Below are positions 48,386 through 60,338 of a stretch of DNA of 64,000 nt, piece after piece. A program made the translations under genes and the position numbers. The stretch is from contig JBJOKS010000006.1 of assembly GCA_046045965.1 (NCBI GenBank), forward strand, positions 64,001-128,000. Reading direction: 5' to 3'. The number at the start of each line of letters is the position of its first letter. The stretch's first letter is position 1. Source of the DNA: Cyanobacteriota bacterium. GTDB lineage: Bacteria > Cyanobacteriota > Cyanobacteriia > Cyanobacteriales > Nostocaceae. The notes beneath the pieces are model-generated. The model worked only from the letters and a program-made list of their open reading frames with translations. It searched no databases and was not told where the DNA came from.

Positions 48386-50044
48386 CTACTTTTTAATGTT
48401 CTTGTAAATCAAGTTTTGGGTAGGATCAAGTTTGACATCAGTTACGCCTTTTTGGGCAAATACATAATCTTTGTTTTGCCATAGGGGAACGTAAGGAACG
48501 TCTGTAACAACTTGGTTTTGAATGTCAGCAAAGATTTTTTTTCTAGCTTCTGGGTTTTGTTCTTTACGTTGTTGAGCAATGAGTTTATTCATTGTTTCAC
48601 TATAGTAAAAAGACCCTTGTGTTTGACTTCCACCGTCTTCACAACCTTTAGTTTCTGAACCTTTCTCACAAGCTAAAAATGGTTGTACGTAATTATCTGG
48701 ATCTAAAAAATCTGGATACCAATCTAGTAAAGCTATTGGATATAAACCCTTGGAAATTTCTTTAAAAAAGGTTGCACCTTCTACGGTTTTAACTTCCAGT
48801 TGTAAGATTCCATCTAGTTTAGTATCAGCCAAGGATTTTAGTGTTTGTGCTGCTAAACTCCGGGTAGGTGAACTAGCAGGATACCAAATTTGCACTTTAG
48901 CAGGATTTTGTTGGGAAAAACCAGCGGTAGTTAACAATTTTTTCGCTTCTTCAAATTTACCATCACCATATTTATCTTTAAATAATGGTTGGGAAACATT
49001 AAAGGTAGTGGGAATCATGCTGTAAAGCGGATCAGCTTGACCTAATAAAACACGTTCATTTAATAATGGACGATCAATTAATGATGCGATCGCACTTCTA
49101 ACTTCTGGTTTATCCAAAGGCTTCTGATTGCGATTCAACACCATATAACTAACTACACTACCCTGAGCGGTAATTGCTTGCCAATTTCCGTTTTTAGCAC
49201 CATCTTCTAAACTGCGAATTTGGTCTGGTTGTAAAGATAAATAAGCAACATCTACCGCACCAGTTTTAAAAGCATTAAATAAATTCACTGGACTGGTTTG
49301 AATCTGGACATTAATACCTTTATTCGCTGGTTTTTCTCCCCAATATTTGTCAAAGACATCAAATCTTAAAGAATCTGTACCATACTGGGCTAATTTATAA
49401 GCACCAGTTCCCACAAAAATATTGGGTTTAAATTTCCCCGCACCAATTTCATAAGCTTTGGGGGAAACTGGACACACTCCAGAAAATGCTAACAATGAAG
49501 GAAAAGCCGCAAAGGGTTTTTTCAGCTTAATTGTTAATTCATATTCCCCAGTAGCTTTAACTGAATCCACTGTATCAGAAAGCAGAAAAGATGGTTTACC
49601 CTTATTTTCGATAAAACGCTGGATGCTAAATTCCATTGCTTTAGCGTTAAAAGGTGTGTCATCGTGAAAAACTACTCCTTGACGTAGGGGAATAGTGTAT
49701 GTTAAACCATCTGCACTTACTTTAGGTAAAGCTGTTGCCAGTTGGGGTTTGATTTCTGTGCTACCTGGTTCGTAAGTATATAGGCGATCGCTCATATTAA
49801 ATACCAAACCCAAAGCTGCCAATTCATAAGCATCAGCGGGATCAAGAGTTCTAGGCTTTGAAGTTGTACCTATAGTAATCCGTCCATCACCAGCAGGAGT
49901 ATTGACAGCACCGGAGTTTGGTGTAGTTGTCTGTGGACTAGGAGTGCAACTAACAGCCAATAATAAACATAGAGAGAACAAAGATAGGAATTTTGTCACC
50001 CTACCCCACCGTCTCATAGACCAAGAAAACCAATTTATTACCAT
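48386..50044 (-). CDS. Peptide ABC transporter substrate-binding lipoprotein (family 5)
   Basis: Lipobox LAVSC, TLDPA, LRQGVVFHD and VGTGAY. Confidence 0.92.
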   Translation of the reverse strand: MVINWFSWSMRRWGRVTKFLSLFSLCLLLAVSCTPSPQTTTPNSGAVNTPAGDGRITIGTTSKPRTLDPADAYELAALGLVFNMSDRLYTYEPGSTEIKPQLATALPKVSADGLTYTIPLRQGVVFHDDTPFNAKAMEFSIQRFIENKGKPSFLLSDTVDSVKATGEYELTIKLKKPFAAFPSLLAFSGVCPVSPKAYEIGAGKFKPNIFVGTGAYKLAQYGTDSLRFDVFDKYWGEKPANKGINVQIQTSPVNLFNAFKTGAVDVAYLSLQPDQIRSLEDGAKNGNWQAITAQGSVVSYMVLNRNQKPLDKPEVRSAIASLIDRPLLNERVLLGQADPLYSMIPTTFNVSQPLFKDKYGDGKFEEAKKLLTTAGFSQQNPAKVQIWYPASSPTRSLAAQTLKSLADTKLDGILQLEVKTVEGATFFKEISKGLYPIALLDWYPDFLDPDNYVQPFLACEKGSETKGCEDGGSQTQGSFYYSETMNKLIAQQRKEQNPEARKKIFADIQNQVVTDVPYVPLWQNKDYVFAQKGVTDVKLDPTQNLIYKNIKK

Positions 50045-50514
50045 TAATTTTTTTTAATCAGCGGTCAGCCATTTTACTATATCTGTACCTTGATCAGTAA
50101 CAATTCTGCTGATGCCTTACCATCAGGAAATATATGCCAATATAACGAAATATAAGCTAATTAAGCGTTTGACGGTGATTGGGAACGATATTTTTAGGTA
50201 AAGCGAAGTAATCGCATCTGTTTACAAGCTTGCAAAGCGTTCCATCAATAGTTACACTTTTTAAAATATTCTCATTTTTGCTTGGCGATAGCCTACCTGC
50301 TCAAATAGCCACTTTCCCAAAAGTTCACAACTCAAAGGAAACCAGCGTATTAAAGCAGATAAGCATTGCTAAACCACAGGCTGATCTGTGGTAAAACTCA
50401 AGACTGGCAATAACAAAAAACTCAGAGAGTTCTCCAAGTCACGGCTTCCGTTTCCTGAGAACCTCAGTAAGAAAATTGCTTTGTAAACAAACTCTTCAAG
50501 GAGGATCGTAGTCG

Positions 50515-52044
50515 ATGGGACTACCCTGGTACCGAGTACATACAGTTGTTCTGAATGATCCAGGTCGGCTGATTTCTGTACACCTCATGCACACCGCCCT
50601 AGTCGCTGGCTGGGCTGGTTCAATGGCACTGTACGAACTAGCAGTTTACGACCCCAGTGATCCAGTTCTCAACCCCATGTGGAGACAAGGGATGTTCGTT
50701 CTTCCCTTCATGTCACGTTTAGGCGTAACTGAATCCTGGGGCGGATGGAGTGTGACTGGTGGCGCAGCAGTAGATCCTGGCTTTTGGTCATTTGAAGGCG
50801 TTGCTGCTGCTCACATCGTTCTTTCCGGTTTGTTATTCCTAGCAGCCGTTTGGCACTGGGTTTACTGGGACTTAGAACTGTTCAGAGATCCCCGTACAGG
50901 CGAACCTGCCTTAGACTTGCCAAAAATGTTTGGCATCCACCTGTTCTTATCTGGTTTACTTTGCTTCGGCTTCGGTGCTTTCCACCTCACTGGACTATTT
51001 GGTCCTGGTATGTGGGTTTCCGATGCCTTTGGTGTCACTGGCAGCATTCAACCAGTCGCACCAGAATGGGGACCTGCCGGGTTTAACCCCTTTAACCCCG
51101 GTGGTATTGTGGCTCACCACATTGCAGCTGGTGTAGTTGGTATTATCGCTGGTTTATTCCACCTCACTGTTAGACCTCCCGAAAGGCTCTATAAAGCCCT
51201 ACGGATGGGTAATATTGAAACCGTACTTTCCAGCAGTATCGCGGCAGTATTCTTTGCTGCTTTCGTAGTAGCTGGAACCATGTGGTACGGTAATGCTGCT
51301 ACCCCCATTGAATTGTTTGGTCCAACCCGCTATCAGTGGGATCAAGGCTACTTCCGTCAAGAAATTGATCGCCGTGTGCAAACCAGTGTTGCTCAAGGTG
51401 CAAGTCTAACTGAAGCTTGGGCGCAAATTCCCGAAAAACTGGCTTTCTATGACTACGTAGGCAATAGCCCCGCTAAAGGTGGTTTATTCCGTACAGGTCC
51501 AATGGTTAAGGGTGATGGTATTGCCCAATCTTGGCAAGGCCACGCAGTATTCACAGATGCAGAAGGACGCGAGTTAACTGTACGTCGTCTGCCTAACTTC
51601 TTTGAAACCTTCCCAGTGATTTTGACCGATAAAGATGGAGTTGTCCGCGCTGACATTCCTTTCCGTCGGGCTGAGTCTAAATACAGCTTTGAGCAAACAG
51701 GCGTAACTGTTAGCTTCTACGGTGGTAATCTCAACGGCAAGACCTTTACAGATCCTGCTGATGTGAAGAAATACGCTCGTAAAGCTCAAGGTGGAGAAAT
51801 CTTTGAATTTGACCGCGAAACTTTGAACTCTGATGGTGTATTCCGTACATCTCCCAGAGGTTGGTTTACCTTTGGTCACGCTGTATTTGCGCTGCTGTTT
51901 TTCTTCGGACATCTGTGGCATGGCTCTCGGACAATCTACCGAGACGTATTTGCTGGTGTGGAAGCGGATCTAGAAGAACAAGTAGAGTGGGGTCTGTTCC
52001 AGAAAGTGGGTGACAAAACCACTCGTACGCGGAAGGAAGCTTAA
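50515..52044 (+). CDS. psbB: Photosystem II CP47 protein
   Basis: [19 protein letters not shown] start and a full-length CP47 sequence. Confidence 0.99.
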   Translation: MGLPWYRVHTVVLNDPGRLISVHLMHTALVAGWAGSMALYELAVYDPSDPVLNPMWRQGMFVLPFMSRLGVTESWGGWSVTGGAAVDPGFWSFEGVAAAHIVLSGLLFLAAVWHWVYWDLELFRDPRTGEPALDLPKMFGIHLFLSGLLCFGFGAFHLTGLFGPGMWVSDAFGVTGSIQPVAPEWGPAGFNPFNPGGIVAHHIAAGVVGIIAGLFHLTVRPPERLYKALRMGNIETVLSSSIAAVFFAAFVVAGTMWYGNAATPIELFGPTRYQWDQGYFRQEIDRRVQTSVAQGASLTEAWAQIPEKLAFYDYVGNSPAKGGLFRTGPMVKGDGIAQSWQGHAVFTDAEGRELTVRRLPNFFETFPVILTDKDGVVRADIPFRRAESKYSFEQTGVTVSFYGGNLNGKTFTDPADVKKYARKAQGGEIFEFDRETLNSDGVFRTSPRGWFTFGHAVFALLFFFGHLWHGSRTIYRDVFAGVEADLEEQVEWGLFQKVGDKTTRTRKEA

Positions 52045-52135
52045 ACTACGATCAAGTATGGAGTTTTATTACTTCATACTTTTTCCCAGGTTTGGTAAAC
52101 TAAGATTACTGGCCGGATAGGCAGGAACTCCTAAT

Positions 52136-52243
52136 ATGGAAAGCGTTGCATACATTTTAATTTTGACCTTGGCACTAGGTGTTCTCTTCTTTGCGATCGC
52201 ATTTCGCGAACCTCCCCGCTTTGAGAGAAAAGAGAAAGACTAA
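52136..52243 (+). CDS. psbT: Photosystem II protein PsbT, missing from the ORF track
   Basis: [35 protein letters not shown]. Confidence 0.97.
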   Translation: MESVAYILILTLALGVLFFAIAFREPPRFERKEKD

Positions 52244-52345
52244 GCAGTTAAACAGTAAAAACTGGCATTTTTTCTCAGTATTCACCATTTAGCAATTTTT
52301 CAAGTCAGATTCTTCTATCCAGACTTGTAAAAAACCTCAAAATTC

Positions 52346-52379
52346 TATCCGTTGCCTCCTCTTTAGGTAGCAACGGATA
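52346..52379 (+). terminator. Hairpin after psbB-psbT
   Basis: TATCCGTTGC...GCAACGGATA perfect 10-bp stem. Confidence 0.6.
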
Positions 52380-52606
52380 ATATTGTGAGTCTCTGTTGCT
52401 AAAATTATCAGGCTGCAAATGCCAACAAGTGAAAAATTTTTTGATATGTGATATAATATCCTATCTGGAAGATAATATGTGTGAACCTAGCTCTTCTGCG
52501 CTAGGATTGACAAAGATGTAAGTGTAGACTTATTGAAAAGCCACCGCATATACATCGTTAACTGTGACAAAAACTTGACGGAGACTAGAACCAGGAACAA
52601 ATCAGC

Positions 52607-53656
52607 ATGGTCAATCAGAATTTAACCGCTACAGAAATTGGATTTACTCACGAAGATTTCGCTGCTCTACTCGATAAATACGATTATCATTTTAGCCCTG
52701 GTGATGTTGTACCAGGTACAGTGTTTAGTATAGAGCCGCGCGGCGCTCTGATTGACATTGGTGCTAAAACAGCAGCATACATACCTATACAGGAAATGTC
52801 TATTAACCGGGTCGATGCCCCGGAAGAAGTCTTACAATCAAACGAAACACGGGAATTTTTCATCCTCACTGATGAAAACGAAGATGGTCAGCTAACCCTG
52901 TCCATTCGTCGTATTGAATACATGAGGGCTTGGGAAAGAGTACGTCAATTACAGGCAGAAGATGCTACTGTCCGTTCTGGTGTATTTGCTACCAATCGTG
53001 GGGGCGCATTGGTAAGAATTGAGGGACTACGTGGCTTTATCCCCGGCTCCCACATTAGTACCCGCAAACCCAAAGAAGAATTGGTAGGGGAAGAATTGCC
53101 CTTAAAATTCCTAGAAGTAGACGAAGAACGCAACCGCTTAGTTCTTTCCCATCGTCGGGCGCTGGTTGAGCGGAAGATGAACCGGTTGGAAGTTGGCGAA
53201 GTGGTAATTGGTACTGTTCGCGGTATTAAACCCTACGGTGCATTCATTGATATCGGCGGTGTTAGTGGACTACTCCACATTTCTGAGATTTCCCATGAGC
53301 ATATTGACACACCTCACAGCGTGTTCAATGTCAATGATGAAGTGAAAGTAATGATCATTGACTTGGATGCAGAAAGAGGTCGGATCTCGCTGTCTACCAA
53401 GCAGTTGGAACCCGAACCCGGTGACATGATTAAGAACCGCGATTTGGTCTATGATAAGGCCGAAGAAATGGCAGCTAAGTATAGGGAACAAATGTTAGCT
53501 AAACAGCAAGGTATCACTGCTGCACCTGTGGAAGCGGTAGAAGCAGTGGAAACTGTAGAAGCTGTAGAAACTGCACCTGTGGAAGCTGTAGCTGAAGAAG
53601 AAATTCCACCAGCAACTGAAGCTGAAGAAGAGATCCCAGCAGCTGTTGAAGAGTAA
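52607..53656 (+). CDS. rpsA: 30S ribosomal protein S1
   Basis: Three S1 domains (GALIDIGAK, GFIPGSH, YGAFIDIGGVSGLLHISEIS) and a low-complexity VEAVE tail. Confidence 0.96.
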   Translation: MVNQNLTATEIGFTHEDFAALLDKYDYHFSPGDVVPGTVFSIEPRGALIDIGAKTAAYIPIQEMSINRVDAPEEVLQSNETREFFILTDENEDGQLTLSIRRIEYMRAWERVRQLQAEDATVRSGVFATNRGGALVRIEGLRGFIPGSHISTRKPKEELVGEELPLKFLEVDEERNRLVLSHRRALVERKMNRLEVGEVVIGTVRGIKPYGAFIDIGGVSGLLHISEISHEHIDTPHSVFNVNDEVKVMIIDLDAERGRISLSTKQLEPEPGDMIKNRDLVYDKAEEMAAKYREQMLAKQQGITAAPVEAVEAVETVEAVETAPVEAVAEEEIPPATEAEEEIPAAVEE

Positions 53657-53696
53657 TATACCCTTAGTTGTAATTATTTACAACTCTGTATTTGAT

Positions 53697-53721
53697 GAAG
53701 AGGGATTTTCCCTCTTTTTTT
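53697..53721 (+). terminator. Rho-independent terminator after rpsA
   Basis: AAGAGGGA-TTT-TCCCTCTT followed by a T run. Confidence 0.7.
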
Positions 53722-53754
53722 ATATTCAAAATCATATTAGTGGGGTGTAATATT

Positions 53755-54492
53755 TTGGCAACTATAAAATGTAGAAACATCACGTTTTCTCATATTCAAG
53801 CGATTTTATTTGATAAAAATGGGACATTAGAAGACTCAGAAGCTTATTTGCGATCGCTCGGACAAAAAGGAGCGCGGATGATAGACGCGCAAATTCCCGG
53901 TATTGGCGAACCTTTATTAATGGCTTTTGGTATAAATGGCGATCGCTTAGATCCGGCTGGTTTAATAGCCGTAGCTAGTCGCAAAGAAACAGAAGTAGCC
54001 GCAGCGGCCTATATAGCTGAAACAGGTAGAGGATGGTTTGAGTCCTTAAAAATTGCCCGTCAAGCCCTAGCAGAAGCTGAAAAATACGTGAATAAAACCC
54101 CCTCACCTCTGTTTCCTGGTAGCTTAGAAGTTTTAAAATCTCTCTCAGCAGCAGGTCTAAAACTAGGTATCCTCTCAGCTGCAACAACTCAGGATGTGCA
54201 GAAATTTGTCATCACTCATCATTTAAGAGATTACCTACAATTAGAAATGGGAGTTGATGAAGGTCCGAGTAAACCAGATCCCATTTTATTTCTACACGCT
54301 TGTCAAACTTTAGGTGTACAACCGGGAGCTACTTTGATGGTAGGCGATTCTGTTGGTGATATGCAAATGGCGAGAGATGGTAAAGCCGCAGGTTGTATAG
54401 GTATTACTTGGATTGATAATTTAGGTAATGTTCAAGGTGCTGATGTCGTGATTAATAAACTTGAGGAAATTCAGATTTTAGAGGATGTCTGA
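53755..54492 (+). CDS. HAD-family hydrolase
   Basis: ILFDKNGTL, KPDP and VGDSVGD. Start set at TTG 53755. Confidence 0.87.
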   Translation: MATIKCRNITFSHIQAILFDKNGTLEDSEAYLRSLGQKGARMIDAQIPGIGEPLLMAFGINGDRLDPAGLIAVASRKETEVAAAAYIAETGRGWFESLKIARQALAEAEKYVNKTPSPLFPGSLEVLKSLSAAGLKLGILSAATTQDVQKFVITHHLRDYLQLEMGVDEGPSKPDPILFLHACQTLGVQPGATLMVGDSVGDMQMARDGKAAGCIGITWIDNLGNVQGADVVINKLEEIQILEDV

Positions 54493-54615
54493 GAAGTATT
54501 TTTAAGAGTGATTTAGAGAGATCAATACAATATTTACAATACTTTTCTTCCTTGTCAACAAAGTACGAATTTCTGATACAATCAAAAATCCGACTCCTTT
54601 AACATAGATTGATGT

Positions 54616-56019
54616 ATGAGCAAGGGTACACTATTTGACAAAGTTTGGGACTTACACACCGTTGGTACACTGCCATCAGGATTAACACAACTATTTATTG
54701 GACTACATCTTATTCATGAAGTTACCAGTCCCCAAGCCTTTGCTATGCTCAAGGAGCGGGATTTAAAAGTATTATTCCCAGAACGGACAATAGCCACAGT
54801 TGATCATATCGTTCCCACAGAAAACCAAGCTCGTCCCTTTGTGGATAGCATGGCCGAAGAAATGATCCAGGCATTAGAAAAGAGTTGTCAAGAAAATGAC
54901 ATAACTTTTTACAATATTGGTTCAGGAAATCAAGGTATAGTTCACGTTATTGCACCAGAACTGGGACTCACCCAACCAGGAATGACCATTGCTTGTGGAG
55001 ATAGCCACACATCCAGTCATGGTGCATTTGGAGCGATCGCCTTTGGTATTGGTACAAGCCAAGTTAGAGACGTTCTCGCCTCCCAAACTCTATCATTATC
55101 TAAACTCAAAGTCCGCAAAATCGAAGTTAACGGCAACTTAAAACCTGGAGTTTACGCCAAAGACGTAATTTTGCATATTATCCGTACATTAGGCGTAAAA
55201 GGTGGAGTAGGCTACGCTTATGAATTTGCAGGAACCACCTTTGCACAGATGAACATGGAAGAACGGATGACCGTTTGTAACATGGCCATAGAAGGTGGTG
55301 CAAGATGCGGTTACGTCAACCCCGACCAAATTACTTACGACTACCTAAAAAATAGAGACTTCGCCCCCAAAGGTGCAGACTGGGACAAAGCCCTTGCTTG
55401 GTGGGAATCTCTGCGGAGTGATGCCGAAGCCGAATATGATGATGTGGTAGTATTTAATGCCGAAGACATTCCCCCCACAGTCACATGGGGAATTACACCA
55501 GGTCAAGGAATAGGTGTAGATGAAAAAGTCCCCACAGCCGGAGAACTGCTAGAAGAAGACCGCTTCATAGCCGAAGAAGCATATCGCTACATGGACTTAT
55601 ATCCAGGTCAACCCATCCAAGGGACAAAAATTGACGTTTGCTTTATCGGTAGCTGTACCAACGGACGCATCAGCGACCTGAGAGAAGCCGCCAAAATAGC
55701 CAAAGGACGCAAAGTTGCAGAAGGTGTGAAAGCTTTCGTCGTTCCTGGTTCAGAAAGAGTCAAAAAAGAAGCCGAAGCCGAAGGACTAGATAAAATCTTC
55801 GTTGCAGCAGGTTTCGAGTGGAGAGAACCAGGGTGTTCCATGTGTTTAGCCATGAACCCCGACAAACTGCAAGGAAGACAAATTAGCGCGTCATCATCTA
55901 ACCGCAACTTTAAGGGAAGACAAGGTTCCGCTTCCGGTCGCACCTTACTCATGAGTCCCGCAATGGTAGCCACCGCAGCTATTAAAGGAGAAGTCGCTGA
56001 CGTGCGTGAATTCTTCTAA
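54616..56019 (+). CDS. leuC: 3-isopropylmalate dehydratase large subunit
   Basis: [31 protein letters not shown] and NRNFKGRQG. Confidence 0.97.
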   Translation: MSKGTLFDKVWDLHTVGTLPSGLTQLFIGLHLIHEVTSPQAFAMLKERDLKVLFPERTIATVDHIVPTENQARPFVDSMAEEMIQALEKSCQENDITFYNIGSGNQGIVHVIAPELGLTQPGMTIACGDSHTSSHGAFGAIAFGIGTSQVRDVLASQTLSLSKLKVRKIEVNGNLKPGVYAKDVILHIIRTLGVKGGVGYAYEFAGTTFAQMNMEERMTVCNMAIEGGARCGYVNPDQITYDYLKNRDFAPKGADWDKALAWWESLRSDAEAEYDDVVVFNAEDIPPTVTWGITPGQGIGVDEKVPTAGELLEEDRFIAEEAYRYMDLYPGQPIQGTKIDVCFIGSCTNGRISDLREAAKIAKGRKVAEGVKAFVVPGSERVKKEAEAEGLDKIFVAAGFEWREPGCSMCLAMNPDKLQGRQISASSSNRNFKGRQGSASGRTLLMSPAMVATAAIKGEVADVREFF

Positions 56020-56117
56020 TAACCCTGAATAACCCTTGTGGGGTGGGCATCTTGCCCGCCCATAACAAAAAAATCTCTCTTAAACTCTTTCCTTCGTGCC
56101 TTCGTGGTTCATTAATT

Positions 56118-56726
56118 ATGGTAAGTGAAGTAAAACAAATATCCAGTACCGCCGTTCCCCTCATCGGTAACGACATCGACACAGACAGAATTATACCCGC
56201 CCGCTATTTAAAAGCAGTCACCTTTGACGGCTTAGGAGAAGGTGTATTTATCGACGACAGAAAAGCCTTAAACGGTCAACATCCCTTTGACCTACCCCAA
56301 TACCAAGGAGCGAAAATATTAATAGTTAACCGCAACTTTGGCTGTGGTTCATCAAGAGAACACGCACCCCAGGCCTTAGCCAAATGGGGAATTAAAGCGA
56401 TAATTGGTGAAAGCTTCGCAGAAATATTCTTTGGTAACTGCGTCGCTATGGGGATACCTTGCGTAACAGCCGAACCTAGCATAGTTAAACAAATGCAAGA
56501 ATTAGTCACCGCGAACCCTCAAGCAATCTTTATCATAGATGTGGAAAAATTGCAAGTACAGATTGGTGATTTTATTACCCCAGTGGTGATGGGAGAAGGA
56601 ACAAGAACCGCTTTTGTTTCTGGGACTTGGGACGCTTGCGGACAGTTGGTAGCAAATGCAGAACAGGTAAAGGCGATCGCATCGAAATTACCTTATATTG
56701 GTTGGGGTAAATTAGCCGCAAGTTAG
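56118..56726 (+). CDS. leuD: 3-isopropylmalate dehydratase small subunit
   Basis: [20 protein letters not shown] and SFAEIF. Confidence 0.97.
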   Translation: MVSEVKQISSTAVPLIGNDIDTDRIIPARYLKAVTFDGLGEGVFIDDRKALNGQHPFDLPQYQGAKILIVNRNFGCGSSREHAPQALAKWGIKAIIGESFAEIFFGNCVAMGIPCVTAEPSIVKQMQELVTANPQAIFIIDVEKLQVQIGDFITPVVMGEGTRTAFVSGTWDACGQLVANAEQVKAIASKLPYIGWGKLAAS

Positions 56727-56749
56727 TTTGATCCCCCCAACCCCCCTTA

Positions 56750-56923
56750 GAGGTTGTTTGAAAAGTCTAATGTATTACCCCACCTAGCGACTAGAAGTCG
56801 TGGCTAAACAGACAAAACCCACCTACATGGGTTTCAAAACCTTGATTTTCCATTAGTCCACGCAGGTGGACTTGGTTTGTGTAGTAGCGAATTATATTCG
56901 CCCAAAACTTTTAAAACATCCTC
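56750..56923. mobile_element. 174-bp MITE with 17-bp TIRs and a TTA duplication (IS5-family-like ends)
   Basis: GAGGTTGTTTGAAAAGT and ACTTTTAAAACATCCTC (15/17 match). TTA at 56747-56749 and 56924-56926. It splits a CCCCCCTT-AAAAAGGGGG palindrome. Confidence 0.85.
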
Positions 56924-56991
56924 TTAAAAAGGGGGCTAAATTACTTAAAATCGCCTAAAATTGTTTCTACAATTAGGGAATTAATTATGAG

Positions 56992-57450
56992 ATGAATGCA
57001 ATTAATTATTGGTTAATGAAATCAGAACCAGCAGTTTATAGTATTACTGACTTACAACAGCAAAGTGAGACAATTTGGGACGGTGTGCGTAATTATCAAG
57101 CACGTAATTTCTTGAGACAAATGCAAATAGGAGATTTAGCTTTTTTCTATCATTCTAATGCTGAACCTCCTGGTGTTTTTGGGTTAATGCGAATAATTGA
57201 AACAGGAATTCCTGACCCTACACAATTTGACGTAAATAGTAAATATTATGATCCTAAATCTACTCCAGAATCTCCCCGCTGGCAAACAGTAAAAGTAGAA
57301 TTTGTAGAGGTATTTTCTCAACCTATTTCCTTATCTACACTTAAATAAAAATTTAGTGAAGATGAATTATTAGTGGTGAAAAAAGGAAATCGCTTATCAG
57401 TAATACCTATTTTGGCAGCAGTAGCTAAAAAGATTTTGGACATGAATTGA
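56992..57450 (+). pseudogene. EVE domain gene with a premature stop
   Basis: YWLMKSEP, WDGVRNYQARN and FFYHS. TAA at 57346-57348, after which the frame continues KFSEDELLVVKKGNRLSVIPI...MN*. Confidence 0.85.
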
Positions 57451-57802
57451 GTGATTATGTACCGAGTATATTCTTGACTCATCTTCTATGAAATTAGAAA
57501 TCATTTGAAAAGTAGTATTTTTTGTCAAGATAGATTAGACTAGAAATAGAACTAAATTGTCATGGTTTGGAATTCACAACTTTTATTTAAAAAAGAAACT
57601 CAACTAACAACTTACCTGACAATAGATTACATTCAAATATAGCCAAAAGTTTCCAGCGATAAATAAAGAGCAAGCATTCATGGTGTTGTAGTAAATATAA
57701 CCAGAAAATGCCAGTTTGGAAACATTGTCAGAACTGAAGAAAATTTTTCTGGCAAGCTTTTGAGTTAATCTAGTTTTTTCCCTATTCAAAGAGAATTTTG
57801 TT

Positions 57803-58036
57803 ATGCTTAACGGACCATTGCATGAACAACCTCGTAACCAACGAGCCACTGTAATTCGTACAAGTAATGAATTTGTACTGCTAGAATGGCTAAAGTCCAC
57901 TGGACGTTTAATAGCGCGTGAACCTGTAGAGTCTGAGCATCTCAAGGAAGTGGAAGAAATTTCAGAGATTATAGACCTCGATGATCTCACCTATGATAAT
58001 GATGATGATGACACAGATTTAGATTTAGAAGATTAG
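57803..58036 (+). CDS. DUF3134-like small acidic protein
   Basis: LHEQPRNQRATVI...LLEWLKSTGRLIAR with an acidic tail. Confidence 0.8.
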   Translation: MLNGPLHEQPRNQRATVIRTSNEFVLLEWLKSTGRLIAREPVESEHLKEVEEISEIIDLDDLTYDNDDDDTDLDLED

Positions 58037-58128
58037 TATAACTAGGCAGAAAGCACGAGGCAGAATGTAATTTGTAGCTGTCCTGTGATTTCTGCCGTTA
58101 TCAGTAATTTTACAGCATTTGCGTGAAA

Positions 58129-59541
58129 CTAATCTTTAATCAACTTCTCCAACGCTACCTGCAAATCTTTTGTTAATTCACTCACACCCTTTCTAGAAGC
58201 CTGTTTATTTCCTTGACAATTCTCCCATCTTTCACTCACAGAGATCGGTTCACCAACAATAATCATCGACTGTTTTAAACCTAAACGCGGCCTTCCTGGT
58301 AAAGTAGAATCTTGAATGCGAGACAGCATATCAAACATTAATAAAGTCGTTTCTGCAAATCTATCAGCCGTGGGTTTTTCTTGAATATAATTAGCTGTAA
58401 CTGCTACAAAACTTTCTGCTATTCTCATGTGTTGCATTTTCAAATCTGCTTCCTCCGCTACCCAGTCAGCCAGACCACGTTTAAAAGGTGGTAAACTATG
58501 AATATGCTCTATATCATCTCGATAAATATAATTCCAACCAGCTTCTTCTAACCTGCGACATCTATCAATAAAAGTTCCTTGGGCTGAAACATTAAAATAT
58601 TCTTCAGCAACCTGTAACGCTGTATCCATCAAATTTCTTAACCTAGCAATTAAAACCTCGTTGGGGTTAGCTGTTTCTTCAGCAGTAATGACTGGTAAAT
58701 CTCGATGATAGAAACGACGATAAAAGACTTCCATTTCTGTGACTAAATATTCTGCTAAATGGAAAATACGCTGATATAAAATTTCTGCTCTATTCTTGCC
58801 AGTTTGATTAATTTGTGTAACTTTTAAACCGCTATCAGCTTCTAATTTAGATAACAGCCAATCTATTTTTTCCCAAGGTGGGTTAACATAACTATATTTA
58901 ATAGCAATTGGGATAATAAAAACAGTTTCTTCACGGTTAGCTTTTTGCAAATCTTCCACACACCAAAAACCCAACTGTGCTACACCTGGTTCTAAAGGAC
59001 TGACAATACCACTATGACCATTTGTACCACCTTCAGGAGCGATCGCAATCGGCATTTTCGCATTTACAAATAAATTTCGTGCCATTTGAATTGCATTTCT
59101 GTCTACTTTTCTTCCCCTGCGAATAGGTACACCCCCAGCACGCGAGAATAACCATCCTAACCATTTTCCTGCCCATAAAGTCATCCCCCTTTCATACATA
59201 AAATGACTATGAACTGGGTATTTTAAATCAATTCCTTTTTCCCTTGCTACTTTAGGAACCATGCGAGAAAGTAAATATAACATTGACAGGGGATCTTCAA
59301 CTTCTGGATGACGAAAAGCAATTAAAAACCGAATTTTTCCTGCTTGAAATTCATGATATAATTTAGCTAAAACTTCAGTATTTTTAGCTTCAATTTTCAC
59401 AATACCAGCAGGTAGCCAAGGTCTGGTTCTCACTCGTAAAATAAAAGGGAGAAACCAAGACATGATCTTAAGTACCCAAGGTTGAAAATTTGGGGGAATA
59501 AATTTTAATGGTGGTTGGGTGGAATGAATAGACTTAGGCAA
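58129..59541 (-). CDS. Phospholipid/glycerol acyltransferase family protein
   Basis: RHPEVED (HX4D), IAPEGG and PIAIKY. Confidence 0.85.
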   Translation of the reverse strand: MPKSIHSTQPPLKFIPPNFQPWVLKIMSWFLPFILRVRTRPWLPAGIVKIEAKNTEVLAKLYHEFQAGKIRFLIAFRHPEVEDPLSMLYLLSRMVPKVAREKGIDLKYPVHSHFMYERGMTLWAGKWLGWLFSRAGGVPIRRGRKVDRNAIQMARNLFVNAKMPIAIAPEGGTNGHSGIVSPLEPGVAQLGFWCVEDLQKANREETVFIIPIAIKYSYVNPPWEKIDWLLSKLEADSGLKVTQINQTGKNRAEILYQRIFHLAEYLVTEMEVFYRRFYHRDLPVITAEETANPNEVLIARLRNLMDTALQVAEEYFNVSAQGTFIDRCRRLEEAGWNYIYRDDIEHIHSLPPFKRGLADWVAEEADLKMQHMRIAESFVAVTANYIQEKPTADRFAETTLLMFDMLSRIQDSTLPGRPRLGLKQSMIIVGEPISVSERWENCQGNKQASRKGVSELTKDLQVALEKLIKD

Positions 59542-59695
59542 TTTTTTGCTCCTATGTTCAGGGAAATAAAAAGCGATTGCACTTACACTAATTTTATGTG
59601 AATATTATGCAAATATGTAAAACTGTAAAAAATAAAACTACTCAAATTATCTGCGTTCATCTGCGTTCATCTGCGTTCCCTAAAAACTAAAAAAT

Positions 59696-60328
59696 ATGAA
59701 CACAACCCCAGAACAAAAACAATTTGCACCAGCAACCCAACGCAACCGCGAACCCATTTTAGAGGTACTTCAACAAATCTTACCCACAACAGGAACAATT
59801 TTAGAAATAGCCAGTGGAACAGGAGAACACGCAGTATTTTTTGCACCTCATCTAGCACCGCGAAAATGGCTACCCTCTGACCCAAACCCTCTATTAAGAG
59901 ACAGTATCAAAGCTTGGATAGCAGAATGTAAAAGTAATAATATTTACCCTCCTTTAGATTTAGATGCTCAGTTACCCGTTTGGCCAGTTGAAAAACAAAC
60001 ATTTACAGACTCGGCAATTGCCGCTATTGTTAACATTAACATGATTCACATTTCCCCTTGGTCAGCTTGTTTAGGACTCATGGCTGGGGCTGGACGGATT
60101 TTACCCCCAGATGGTATCCTTTACTTATACGGACCCTATAAACAAAACGGTCAACATACCGCACCCAGTAACGCTGCTTTTGATGAGTCGTTACAATTAC
60201 AAAACCCAGAGTGGGGAGTGCGTAATTTAGAAGATGTGGTACAAGCAGCAAAAGCTGAAAATTTGACATTGCAGAAAATTTACCAAATGCCAGCCAATAA
60301 TTTATCAGTTGTCTTCCAAAGAAATTAA
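59696..60328 (+). CDS. DUF938 family SAM-dependent methyltransferase
   Basis: PATQRNREPILEVL, LEIASGTGEH, NMIHISPW and MPANN. Confidence 0.92.
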   Translation: MNTTPEQKQFAPATQRNREPILEVLQQILPTTGTILEIASGTGEHAVFFAPHLAPRKWLPSDPNPLLRDSIKAWIAECKSNNIYPPLDLDAQLPVWPVEKQTFTDSAIAAIVNINMIHISPWSACLGLMAGAGRILPPDGILYLYGPYKQNGQHTAPSNAAFDESLQLQNPEWGVRNLEDVVQAAKAENLTLQKIYQMPANNLSVVFQRN

Positions 60329-60338
60329 ACTAAATAAG

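Noticed and set aside
50850..51921. Alternative-frame and antisense ORFs in psbB
   Set aside because: By-products of the codon bias of a highly expressed gene.
57604..57990. 128-aa minus-strand ORF
   Set aside because: Antisense to the DUF3134-like gene, with no recognisable motif.
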